IMG/VR virus record: IMGVR_UViG_3300010352_001543
Length of the DNA: 64,000 nucleotides
Source of the DNA: a virus
Lineage: Duplodnaviria; Caudoviricetes
Reading direction: 5' to 3' (one strand)
The notes beneath the pieces were generated by a model. It ran no database searches. It saw only the letters and a program-made list of their open reading frames with translations, and was not told the DNA's origin. The position numbers and the translations under genes were made by a program. Every line of letters starts with the position of its first letter. Position 1 is the stretch's first letter. Of this stretch, positions 10,119-19,439 are shown piece after piece.

Positions 10119-10595
10119 CTAATTCTTCAAATTCTTTATTTGTTTAATGAATTCATTTTCGATTGCTCTTATTCTTGGCTTAATATCCGATTTTGATTTG
10201 ACTGGTAATAGTTCATATCGATTTGTATCGTTTTTGAACCAGGCTACATCTAATTTAGTAGGATTACCTTCTTGTAAATCGTCATCGAACCAGTCATCCG
10301 GATAAATATAGATTGTATGAACAGTGTCTATATATTCTGCTATTTCTTGATTAAAACGATATAATGTATTTTTATCAAACCGGGTATACGGTACTAACTC
10401 CCATCCATCATTGTATTGATTGATATTGGATTCATAATTTTTCAAAAGTTCTTTATCAACTAATTTTTTGTAAATAGGATCCAACCGTTTTTGTAATTTA
10501 AACATTGTTGTCCTGATGGCATCCGATGACATTACTGTTTCATTTTCTTCATTAAGAAAATTGCTATATGTTTTTATATGTTTTAGTGGTTGCAT
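10119..10595 (-). CDS. putative internal head protein
   Basis: N-terminus KHIKTYSNFLNEE; both promoter motifs upstream. Confidence 0.65.
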   Translation of the reverse strand: MQPLKHIKTYSNFLNEENETVMSSDAIRTTMFKLQKRLDPIYKKLVDKELLKNYESNINQYNDGWELVPYTRFDKNTLYRFNQEIAEYIDTVHTIYIYPDDWFDDDLQEGNPTKLDVAWFKNDTNRYELLPVKSKSDIKPRIRAIENEFIKQIKNLKN

Positions 10596-10628
10596 ACTTT
10601 TTTGTTAATATTTAAATTATATATTAAA

Positions 10629-10654
10629 GACGTTACAATTGAAATTTTATTGTA
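10629..10654 (-). promoter_or_regulatory. ECF-type promoter TACAAT-N16-CGTC
   Basis: Motif copy; -35 overlaps left end of tnpB copy 2. Confidence 0.72.
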
Positions 10655-11991
10655 AATCGGTTCTGTAAATTTTTGTTTTAATATATACTGTATAAGAAAA
10701 ATATAAATTAGTTATACACTATAATGGTCCAAGTAGAACAACATATAGTTAAAAAATCCAACATCAGAAAGAGTGACTGGCAAGTGATTGATCACTTAGC
10801 ATTCTTGTCTAAAAACTTGTACAATACTTGTCTATGGACCATCAAAAATCATTTTGAAGCAACCGGAAAGTGGATGCGATACAACGAAATGTATAGAAAG
10901 TTCTATGACGAGCAGAATCCTGCTTTCTTTGCTCTACCGGCAGCGACTGCTCAGCAAATTATGATGTTGATGGACAAAAACATGAAGTCTTACTTCGCCC
11001 TGCTAAAAATGTATCGAAAGAACAAAAAGTTATTGAATGGCTGCCCACAGTTTCCTAAGTACAAAGACAGTGTCAATGGAAGAAATGTTGTCATTTTTAC
11101 TTCTATTCAAGCAAGGCTACAAAAAGATGAGACAATTAATTTTCCAAAGAAAACTGACCTAAGACCACTAAAGACTAAAATTCCAGCTGGAAGCCTGAAA
11201 CAAGTAAGGATCATTCCTCAATCGTCCTGCTATATCATTGAAGTTGTCTATGAAAAAGAAGTAGTGCAAGCATTTCCTCCTAATGATTCCTGGTTGTCTA
11301 TCGACCTTGGAGTCAATAACTTAATGACCTGTTTTGATACTGTTTCCAACAAACCAACAATAGTAAACGGTAAACCACTCAAATCCATCAACCAATTCTA
11401 CAACAAGAAACATGCTAAACTACAATCACAACTACAAAAACAGTATCCAAAACGACATAAGTCAAAAAAACTAAATAAATTAACAACAAAAAGAAATCGT
11501 AAAATTAAAGACTACCTCCACAAGAGTTCCAGGTTTGTAGTCAATTATTGCTTGGAAGCAGGCATCTCCAACATTGTAGTAGGTTACAACGCTGAGTGGA
11601 AACAAAACGTTCAGCTCGGCAGTCGCACCAATCAAAACTTTGTTCAAATACCTTTTCTAACACTAATAAATCAAATAGAATACAAAGCAGCACTGCTTGG
11701 CATAACTGTTGTAAGGAACGAAGAATCCTACACCAGTAAGTGCTCAGCGATGGACCTTGAACCAGTTAAAAAACATGACATATTGCGGTAAGCGCATAAA
11801 GCGCGGCATGTTTATAACTGCTAACGGAACTAAGATCAATGCTGATTTAAATGGAGCAATAAATATTCTTCGAAAGGTAGCCGGAGATAAGGAACAAATT
11901 ATTAAATTTGTTCAAACTCAATCTAGTAGAGGTCAAGTCGTTTGGCCGTTTCATGTATGCATGAATAAATAGTTTTTAAAACTAATACGAT
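10649..11991 (+). mobile_element. tnpB-only element, copy 2
   Basis: Ends homologous to copy 1; boundaries approximate. Confidence 0.75.
10724..11972 (+). pseudogene. tnpB: TnpB with 2-nt deletion near 11780; RuvC-III out of frame
   Basis: Close paralog of 2593..3852; KHD|YCGKRIKRG is split across two ORFs. Confidence 0.85.
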
Positions 11992-12137
11992 ACTGATTTT
12001 CTCAACGAAGAAAATGAGGTAGTGATGGCTTCCGATACCATCCAAGCAACGATAAATTACAAAAACAATTAGATCCAATCTACAAAAAATTAGTTGATAA
12101 AGGACTTATAAAAAGTTATAAATTCAGAATCGATCAA
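11989..12137 (+). pseudogene. inverted, diverged fragment of gene 10119..10595
   Basis: Translates TDFLNEENEVVMASDTIQAT-/KLQKQLDPIYKKLVDKGLIKSY versus SNFLNEENETVMSSDAIRTTMFKLQKRLDPIYKKLVDKELLKNY. Confidence 0.88.
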
Positions 12138-12168
12138 TCGTATGTTTTAATCGACTCATAATTTTTAC

Positions 12169-12672
12169 CTATAATTTCCAGCCATCTTTTATGGCTTCTT
12201 GTTTTGTTCGATATCCTGAAATTTTAGAAACATAAGTTAAGTCCAATTCAAAATAAGCATAGAAATAAATATCATCACCATCCGGATAAATTCGACTTAA
12301 TATTATAGGAGCACCTTCTGCCACATTGATAGTATATCCTCCTATATTATCATTAATTTTTCCACCAAAATTAAATTGGTTGAATTCAGTAACATAAGGA
12401 GTTCGAGGACCTCTGTGATTATCAAAACTTTTAGAATCTTTTGCTAAAATCAATACTTTTTCATAGTTAGATTCAAGTGAAATGGAAACATCTTTTTTAG
12501 TATTTCCTCTTGGTATCATGTATAAACCTGGATGGTGATGAGTTGATATAGTGTGTTTGAAAATCTGATAAATATCCCCTTGATAAACAACTAACATCCC
12601 TTCTTTGAAGCTGTCCAAAATATTATGTTCGTTCCGTTCAAACAATTTAATACGCTCACTGAATTTTTTCAT
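12169..12672 (-). CDS. hypothetical protein, possible internal head protein
   Basis: MKKFSERIKLFE N-terminus. Confidence 0.65.
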   Translation of the reverse strand: MKKFSERIKLFERNEHNILDSFKEGMLVVYQGDIYQIFKHTISTHHHPGLYMIPRGNTKKDVSISLESNYEKVLILAKDSKSFDNHRGPRTPYVTEFNQFNFGGKINDNIGGYTINVAEGAPIILSRIYPDGDDIYFYAYFELDLTYVSKISGYRTKQEAIKDGWKL

Positions 12673-12675
12673 AAT

Positions 12676-13416
12676 TTATTTATAGCAAGCGGCTCCTTCA
12701 TCACCATAAATCCAAACTACTGTTTCCGAGTTGTTTTTACATGCTATTAGTTCTATTGAAACCAATTCATCATAATCCAACTCATCCAAATATTCTTCAA
12801 CAGTACCGGTATCATATCTTTTTATGCGATTAAAATTATTTCCGGTTTCTTTTGCTATAACAACCCAAGGTTTATCTCCATAGTCCATTGCTATCATTTC
12901 TGGTTTAACGTCTTTGAAAGGAATAAGTTTACCCCAATCATTAGATTCATTTAAACTACTATAACTGTTTGATTTTTTGCTTTCATTTACACCACCGAAT
13001 AGATTATTAAACCAATCCTCGTAAACATCCAATCCCCATTCAATACAAGGTTTCCCTTTAAAATAACCACTTAAATTATTAGTATTAAAATTAGCGGCTG
13101 GTTTTGTTAAATTTTTACCGGTGAATATTATAAGAGTATCATATTCAGGTTTTTTACTGCCTGTGGGTTTATGCCCTTGTGCCATTATAGTATGACCATT
13201 TGATAAAACTATAGTATATTCATAATCTTCTTCACCTTCAGTTACTTCAGCTTTTATGCTTTCGATTGTTATATCAACCGGTTTCGGTACAGCATGAAAT
13301 TTATATTTTTTCAATCTACTTATAACTGCAGATTCGGTTGTTTTATCGTCTTCCCATTTGACATCAAAAGAAGATTCATTTAAAGCAAATTCATTGAATT
13401 TTTTTGTTCTTTGCAT
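12676..13416 (-). CDS. putative internal head protein (two modules)
   Basis: KKFNEFALNES plus internal VNES and LNES. Confidence 0.65.
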   Translation of the reverse strand: MQRTKKFNEFALNESSFDVKWEDDKTTESAVISRLKKYKFHAVPKPVDITIESIKAEVTEGEEDYEYTIVLSNGHTIMAQGHKPTGSKKPEYDTLIIFTGKNLTKPAANFNTNNLSGYFKGKPCIEWGLDVYEDWFNNLFGGVNESKKSNSYSSLNESNDWGKLIPFKDVKPEMIAMDYGDKPWVVIAKETGNNFNRIKRYDTGTVEEYLDELDYDELVSIELIACKNNSETVVWIYGDEGAACYK

Positions 13417-13456
13417 TTTTATATACCTTTTATTCTTATTTAAATTATATTATATT

Positions 13457-13482
13457 GACGTAACTAATCAAAATTTATTGTC
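13457..13482 (-). promoter_or_regulatory. ECF-type promoter GACAAT-N16-CGTC
   Basis: Motif copy. Confidence 0.72.
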
Positions 13483-14055
13483 CTTCATCATCTTTACTTT
13501 CTGTAGTTTAGCAACCAACTGATCAGAGGAACCGGTAATGATAACTTTCCTATGCATCTGTCCACCAATCATTCGTTGGTAGTGAAATCCATCTGGATCT
13601 TTTACAATTTCTTTTTCTATTAGCTCTTCGACCATCTCATTTGGAATTCTTTCCGCCCCGAATTTCTTACAGAAAATATACTCAAGTTTATCGTTTACTT
13701 CTGCCCAAGCTCTGCAGAATTTAATATCCTCTTTGAAGATTAAATAAAGGCCATGTTTACCGGCCATAGTGCCATTTGTTCCACTACAAATGGCTTTCCT
13801 GCCGTATTTGTCCTTACTTGCCCGAAACGCCGCTGGAACACCATTAGACTTATAAATTTTGATCAATGAACAATCATCTATAAATTCTTTAATATCATAA
13901 TGGCCATGCTTAAATCCACCGATCGGTGCATATGAAATATCGATCATATTGGCCAGCGCATCAGCATATTCAGTGGTCATTTTACCATCTGGGTCTTCTT
14001 GCGGAAACCAATTTATAAATTTCTCGTTTAATACATCTGATAGTATTTTTATCAT
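13468..14055 (-). CDS. conserved T4-like phage protein of unknown function
   Basis: SYAPIGG...GRK...GT.GT..GK...RAW.E...DG..Y.R.IGG; N-terminal LNE. Confidence 0.65.
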   Translation of the reverse strand: MIKILSDVLNEKFINWFPQEDPDGKMTTEYADALANMIDISYAPIGGFKHGHYDIKEFIDDCSLIKIYKSNGVPAAFRASKDKYGRKAICSGTNGTMAGKHGLYLIFKEDIKFCRAWAEVNDKLEYIFCKKFGAERIPNEMVEELIEKEIVKDPDGFHYQRMIGGQMHRKVIITGSSDQLVAKLQKVKMMKDNKF

Positions 14056-14063
14056 CTTTGTTT

Positions 14064-14699
14064 CTATTTTTCTTTAGTGTAGGTTTCGTTATCAACTTGG
14101 AAACGATCTTCATTTCCAATATCATTTTTCATTAACGTCATCCGGATATCTAATAATTTGTCCGGTAAGCAAGTGTAAAGATGTCCACCAGTTTCAGAAA
14201 TATCAATTATTCCGATATCTTTACTGAAAAGAGAATCGAAATGTTGTATTTGATAATCCTTTACTCTTTCATCGTCAGAAGCAACATAAACTCCAATTTT
14301 TGAATTATGTTTATTGCTACTAAAACACATCATACCATTTTCTGTTCTAAGCTGATAACATGCAGTTAATTCATCATCCGTTATTATTCCTTCTAATGTT
14401 TCTTCCGGAAAATAACTTGGGTTAATGGCTACTAACGGTCTATCAAATATATAGTAGCAATAAAGCGCTGGAATAACTCCCAAAGAAGAGCTAATGAAAT
14501 AAAGAGAATTTGGATCAGCTTTTTTAATTATTTTATCTAATTTATCAAGATCTTTTTCTATATTGAACGTTTGATCAAATCGAACAACATTCATAGCTGA
14601 AAAATATTCTTTAATTATTTCAAATTTGTTGAAATTTGATTTATTTGCTTCCGGTGGTGATTTATATCCACCGAAATAGATTATCGTACCTTTTTTCAT
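14064..14699 (-). CDS. YqiA/YcfP-like alpha/beta hydrolase
   Basis: YFGGYKS, SSSLG nucleophile elbow, INPS, DERV, GGH. Confidence 0.75.
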   Translation of the reverse strand: MKKGTIIYFGGYKSPPEANKSNFNKFEIIKEYFSAMNVVRFDQTFNIEKDLDKLDKIIKKADPNSLYFISSSLGVIPALYCYYIFDRPLVAINPSYFPEETLEGIITDDELTACYQLRTENGMMCFSSNKHNSKIGVYVASDDERVKDYQIQHFDSLFSKDIGIIDISETGGHLYTCLPDKLLDIRMTLMKNDIGNEDRFQVDNETYTKEK

Positions 14700-14730
14700 T
14701 TTTTGTTTTCCTTTATAAAAATGAAACTGA

Positions 14731-15108
14731 TTAATTTAGTTGATTAACTGAGAGAGTTTTGTATCTGGAATTTTTTCCATAATAAACTCCTCCTAACATT
14801 TTTTTGTAATCTTCTGGTGTCCAAAATTCATCTTCATAAGAACCCCAAACGTATTTTACATCTTGATCTTTAATGTATTTTTGATCACTTTTAGAACCAT
14901 GTGCAGTTAAATTATAACTTCTTTTTGTTACTGTTGCTTGGCCATCATTAGTGAAAAATATATCCACACCATCTTTTGTATTTCTATACTTTCTAACGAA
15001 TTCTTCCGGTGTGCCGGTGAAATCATACACTTTTTCTTCGCCCCAAGTTATTCTTTGGTGTTCTTCATTTAACTGATTAAATTCATTGTAACTTTTAACG
15101 TTATTCAT
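14731..15108 (-). CDS. putative internal head protein
   Basis: VKSYNEFNQLNEE. Confidence 0.65.
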   Translation of the reverse strand: MNNVKSYNEFNQLNEEHQRITWGEEKVYDFTGTPEEFVRKYRNTKDGVDIFFTNDGQATVTKRSYNLTAHGSKSDQKYIKDQDVKYVWGSYEDEFWTPEDYKKMLGGVYYGKNSRYKTLSVNQLN

Positions 15109-15152
15109 AATTCTTGCTTTTTTTGTTGTAACATTTATTTTATATATTAATA

Positions 15153-15178
15153 GACGATTTTCTTTTAATTTTATTGTA
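15153..15178 (-). promoter_or_regulatory. ECF-type promoter TACAAT-N16-CGTC
   Basis: Motif copy; terminator hairpin just upstream (15187-15215). Confidence 0.75.
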
Positions 15179-15245
15179 ACAAAAAAAGAAGATTGTCCTT
15201 TAGCACAATCTTCTTAACATAATTAAAATTAAAAAAAGGAAATTT

Positions 15246-15431
15246 TTAGTCTTCTTTCTTGACCGCTTCAACTGATTCTTTTCTGTATTCAGTGACTAAT
15301 TTTTTGATGTCGCCTAGTGCTTTTCTTGCCCTGGCTTCCGCCGCTTTTGTTCCCTTAGAAACATATTGTAAATGATTTGTTTTAAAATCTTCGTATAGTT
15401 TATCGATTTCTGCAAATTTTTGCTCTAACAT
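15246..15431 (-). CDS. Hc1/histone H1-like small basic protein (Bacteroidota type)
   Basis: KGTKAAEARARKALGDIKKLVTEYRKES; start moved to MLEQ at 15431. Confidence 0.78.
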   Translation of the reverse strand: MLEQKFAEIDKLYEDFKTNHLQYVSKGTKAAEARARKALGDIKKLVTEYRKESVEAVKKED

Positions 15432-15454
15432 GATTTTTATCCTTTTATATTTTT

Positions 15455-15482
15455 TAAAATATGGGACCTCTTTCGGTCCCAT
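15455..15482 (-). terminator. intrinsic terminator
   Basis: ATGGGACC-GAAAGA-GGTCCCAT followed by ATTTT. Confidence 0.65.
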
Positions 15483-15515
15483 TGTTGCAACGACTCCGGT
15501 TCCACACACCTATCG

Positions 15516-16910
15516 TTATGCTTTTATGAATTTGTACAATTTATATTCGTTGTTATTTAACACCCAAATGAAGTAGACTCCGGATGTATATGATTCAATA
15601 TTTAGCTCAACCGTCTCTGTAATGAAACAATTTGATACTATTAATTGTCCAGTATAGTCAAAAATCCAAATAGTAGTGGTGCCAGTGAACGGTTCCAAGA
15701 ATTTTACTATGTTGTTATCATATGTTATCAAATTAGCGTCTTCTGTCCGGGTTTCCGCCATTACTGATGTTACATCACCTTCTCTATATACTAATTGAAT
15801 TAATGTACTATCAATAATATATTGTCTAAGTTTCATATTATCTTCTGTCAACAGAGTTATTGTTCTTTGTAATTCATTGATTATTTCACTCCAAACAACC
15901 ATTATGCTATCTTTTTTGATACTCTCATTTAGCCACCTTGTGTTGGCTTCAGACAAACGGATATTTTCTTTTGTTAGTGAATCGTTTTCTAATTTCAGTT
16001 CATTGCATGGATCATCCACTGTAAATAATAGTGTTTCATCAATTTTGAAACCGGTAGATTCTACTGCACCTGTAACAGTCCAATGTCCATAAGAAGGGAA
16101 ATTTAAAAACAATCCATCCGATTGATAAGACGTAGCACTAATTAAAGAATCATTTAAATATACTTTAATATGAACGTTTTTGAAATTTTCAGATTTTTCC
16201 CAATCAATCTGAACTACATCATTTAAATTTTTTGTTCCTGAATATGTTTTAAATCGGAAGTATGTATCTCTTTCTAAAACAGGTATCATATCAGATTGTG
16301 CTACTACAATATTTGTCTCGTTATATACATACCTGTATTGAACGGAACCTGGAACAAGATAGATATTATCGAATTCATAAACTACTTCATTTGCTATATT
16401 AATTTTTTCGATATTATTCCAATTGATTCCATCTTGAGAAAATTGTAATGTTAATTGACTTGGGAGATGTAATGGATTGAATATTGTCTTTGCTATATAG
16501 TGGCCACCATTATAAATTTCAGAAGGTATTAAGGTAAATTGACCAGAAGAGGCGATAAAGTTAATAGTATGTACATCTATAGGTTCTGTTCCCCATTCAT
16601 CATCTGGATTAACAAAAATACCAATTAATGCATTTGATACTATTGTTTCCGGTACATAAGAAAATGTTTTTGTTGCTGGTCTTGGATTCTCCCAACTGGT
16701 GATTTCTGTTATTTGTTGCCATGTTGTTCCATTATCGAATGACAAAGCTACGTAAAATTGATCGGACATTGCCGGTGACCAATCTTCAACTGTGTAAGTG
16801 AATGCTGTTTTGAAATAGTAGTTTTCATTTAAATTTTTGAAACCTTCAGCATTTAGTGTGAAGTAGCATGAAATTGCTACTAATAATGTGATCAGTAATT
16901 TTTTAAACAT
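15516..16910 (-). CDS. secreted protein with signal peptide and T9SS type A C-terminal sorting domain
   Basis: MFKKLLITLLVAISCYFTLNA; C-terminus IFDYTGQLI...LNIESYTSGVYFI...KFIK. Confidence 0.8.
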   Translation of the reverse strand: MFKKLLITLLVAISCYFTLNAEGFKNLNENYYFKTAFTYTVEDWSPAMSDQFYVALSFDNGTTWQQITEITSWENPRPATKTFSYVPETIVSNALIGIFVNPDDEWGTEPIDVHTINFIASSGQFTLIPSEIYNGGHYIAKTIFNPLHLPSQLTLQFSQDGINWNNIEKINIANEVVYEFDNIYLVPGSVQYRYVYNETNIVVAQSDMIPVLERDTYFRFKTYSGTKNLNDVVQIDWEKSENFKNVHIKVYLNDSLISATSYQSDGLFLNFPSYGHWTVTGAVESTGFKIDETLLFTVDDPCNELKLENDSLTKENIRLSEANTRWLNESIKKDSIMVVWSEIINELQRTITLLTEDNMKLRQYIIDSTLIQLVYREGDVTSVMAETRTEDANLITYDNNIVKFLEPFTGTTTIWIFDYTGQLIVSNCFITETVELNIESYTSGVYFIWVLNNNEYKLYKFIKA

Positions 16911-17042
16911 TTTGTTTTTAAACCTTTTAATAATTTTTAAATAATTTTTTGTTTCTTTATTAATATTTATACAATTAAGTATGTTGTTTCTAAAATAGAA
17001 AAAAGTTGATTTTTTATTTCAACTTTTCTTTTTCGACCTTGT

Positions 17043-17516
17043 TTAGTCCATTCTATAAATGTAATAGCCTTTATCATCATATATCAGACTATGTTCATAT
17101 CCGTCATATTGTGAGATCCATTGACCTCTGTCATCTGAATCCATACTGTCTCTGACCCATGAATTAGTATCGAAATACTCTTGTAAATGTTCCGGAACCT
17201 GTGGAACTATTTCATTTTCCGCATATTCTTTAATATTTTCACGTTCTCTTTCTTCCGCTTCTTCATAGTCTAATATGAGGTATTCTTCTCCATCATAACT
17301 GTAAAGATTCTTATCCCAAGTATTTTGCTCAAGAAAATCTTCTAACAATGGGTAATTTTCATTTAAATGTTCTGATATCTCATCATGATTTACTGATTCA
17401 GAACATATAGATTTAAATTCTTTCGGTTTAATAATAAAATATTTATCATCAAATTTAACTAAATCTATTCATAGAAATTCAGCTAATGCTAATACCTTGT
17501 CGTTAATTTCTAACAT
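17043..17516 (-). pseudogene. hypothetical protein with in-frame TGA at 17469-17471
   Basis: ATG 17516 with RBS; MLEINDKVLALAEFL*IDLVK... continues in frame into the 101 aa ORF. Confidence 0.6.
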
Positions 17517-17529
17517 TAATATTTTCCTA

Positions 17530-17970
17530 CTAAAGTGTTAATAATCTACCTTCTATCCATTCAGAAGTTTCTGGTTTGAACCAAAGGGATTGCCAAACAA
17601 AATCTCTACCATTAGAACCGCCACCAGGATGAGTGTATGCTAATTGAGGATTGAACCAAATACTGCCGTCATCCACAATTGTTCCGCCCCAAAAATCAAT
17701 AACAATGTTTTTGAACAATGTATTGACTAATGTCTTTCCAAGTTCGGATTTTAAATCACCTGATTTAATTTTGAATGTTGGATTGCCTCTAATTGTCTCC
17801 ATTTCACAACTGAGTTTTACTTTCATTCCATTTAGACGTTTTGATATCAATTTTTCTAAATCAGGAATATGCTTTGTTAAATTATCAAACAATTCTGTTA
17901 ACTCTTCATTGGAAATATCTAATGTTTCATTGAGTTGAGTTGTCTGATAGTCATCGTATTTTCTTGCCAT
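17530..17970 (-). CDS. putative internal head protein
   Basis: RKYDDYQTTQLNE; AATATATA at 17997-18004. Confidence 0.65.
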   Translation of the reverse strand: MARKYDDYQTTQLNETLDISNEELTELFDNLTKHIPDLEKLISKRLNGMKVKLSCEMETIRGNPTFKIKSGDLKSELGKTLVNTLFKNIVIDFWGGTIVDDGSIWFNPQLAYTHPGGGSNGRDFVWQSLWFKPETSEWIEGRLLTL

Positions 17971-17988
17971 TGTAATTTTCCTTTATTT

Positions 17989-18558
17989 TTATATACTATA
18001 TATTTCTGTTTTATTTTTGATATGATTATAAACATGTTTTCTCGCTCGATAGATATGGACAGAAACAGATCCGACAGGAACATCAGTAATTAATGATATT
18101 TCATTGTAACTGAAATTATCCATTTCTCTTAGTAAGTATGATTCCAAATAAATTTCAGGTATTCCTTGTATAGCTTCTTCTATAGATTTACTAATTAGAT
18201 GCTGGTCAAAAAGAATTTCCTGTTCAAATATTCGGTCATCTATCTCTTCAATATATTCGGTAGCTACTGGACGTTTTTGTCTGAATTTATTAAATATATC
18301 ATTCCGGGCAATTCTTAATAGGTAAGCATAAACATTATTAATTTCTTTATTGTCTGAAATGGAGGAATAAAAATTGATAAATGTTTGTTGAAAGGTATCT
18401 TCAACATCCTGCTTATTTTTCAATAAGTATGAAATATATCGAAGCACCTTACTGGAGTACCTATTATATAACTCAGTGAATGCCTTTTCGGATACTGTTT
18501 TATTTTTTGAAAGTAGTAATCTATAAAGTTCTATGTCAGATTTTTGTTTGATTTCTAT
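17989..18558 (-). CDS. ECF sigma-70 factor
   Basis: SDIELY...AFTELYNRY, EDTFQQTFI, YLLRIARN, SYNEIS...VGSV...IYRARK; conserved N-terminus extends upstream of GTG 18447 to ATA 18558. Confidence 0.9.
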   Translation of the reverse strand: MEIKQKSDIELYRLLLSKNKTVSEKAFTELYNRYSSKVLRYISYLLKNKQDVEDTFQQTFINFYSSISDNKEINNVYAYLLRIARNDIFNKFRQKRPVATEYIEEIDDRIFEQEILFDQHLISKSIEEAIQGIPEIYLESYLLREMDNFSYNEISLITDVPVGSVSVHIYRARKHVYNHIKNKTEIYSI

Positions 18559-18588
18559 TGCCTGTTTGTTCTGTGTTAAAATAGTATT

Positions 18589-18614
18589 AACGATTCAGTT
18601 GAAATTTTATTGTA
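18589..18614 (-). promoter_or_regulatory. ECF-type promoter TACAAT-N16-CGTT upstream of the sigma gene
   Basis: Motif copy; fits ECF autoregulation. Confidence 0.72.
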
Positions 18615-18854
18615 GAGAAATTAAATAAATTATTACATTTATTTTTTATTTTTCAAGATTTCTTTTAATCTTTTACATGCGTTTAGGTAAACACGATGAT
18701 CAAAATGATAATCTTTAGTCCAATATTTTGCTTGTAATTCAGCAGTATCTAATATATTTTTTAATTCCTCTGTATTCATATCTTCTGAAAATGAATATGG
18801 AGGTCCATATTGCTCCAATTCTGAATCAAAATTGACCGGATCATAAAAGTTATC

Positions 18855-19157
18855 CTATCGTGATTCATTCATAAATTCTTCAAATTTCATGACTCTGGAT
18901 TCATTTTGTTTTGTTTTGCCTATGTCGGTTGCTTTTGTTTTCAAATGTTGGACATTATCCGCTTTGGTGAAGTCGATAGAATCCATCACTTTATCCGGAA
19001 GATTTTTAGTTTTAATAGAAGCAAAATCTTCAAGGTCTTTTAAAGACATCGAATCTGCTAATTCTTTTACTTCGGTTGAGGCATCAACGGTCTCTCCTCT
19101 TTTGTATGCTAAGGCCATTCCCATGATTGCTTGTTGTGCTTTTGATTTTGCTGGCAT
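18855..19157 (-). CDS. DUF3008-like protein; frame stays open 71 codons past its TAG
   Basis: MPAKSKAQQ...ALA.KRGE...MS.K.LEDFAS.K.K.LP. Confidence 0.8.
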   Translation of the reverse strand: MPAKSKAQQAIMGMALAYKRGETVDASTEVKELADSMSLKDLEDFASIKTKNLPDKVMDSIDFTKADNVQHLKTKATDIGKTKQNESRVMKFEEFMNESR

Positions 19158-19183
19158 TTTTATTACTCTTTTATTTAAAAATT

Positions 19184-19407
19184 AAAAAACGAGGATAGTT
19201 AGAGGGTTTTTAACCTCATCGACATGTTGGTCTTTCAGGCCAAGTTGTACACGGGAATTCCTCACAACGCGATCGAATACAACCGGTCTTGCTCTCTCAT
19301 TAGCTTAGTGAACTTTTTCGTGTGTTCACTTTCCTATCCTCTGAACCGCTAAATTAAGTATGCTGATATGGTGATTTAAACCAAACTCGCCTAAAATAGA
19401 GACGGCC
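19184..19407 (-). ncRNA. unassigned structured RNA
   Basis: GC-rich non-coding island with several helices, promoter motif upstream and U-tract at end. Confidence 0.6.
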
Positions 19408-19420
19408 TATAGTATATATT

Positions 19421-19439
19421 ATCTACAATAGTAGAAATT
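19421..19439 (-). CRISPR. solitary Cas12a-type (V-A) repeat AATTTCTACTATTGTAGAT
   Basis: Matches the mature Cas12a crRNA handle; no second repeat or cas gene seen. Confidence 0.55.

Noticed and set aside
15432-15509. N-terminal extension MCGTGVV... of the Hc1-like ORF
   Set aside because: Overlaps a terminator hairpin; RBS and family length favour the start at 15431
19190-19345. RNase P RNA, lysine riboswitch or hammerhead assignment
   Set aside because: GGAAAGT, GAGGATAG and CTAATGA resemble pieces of these, but the required conserved cores are absent
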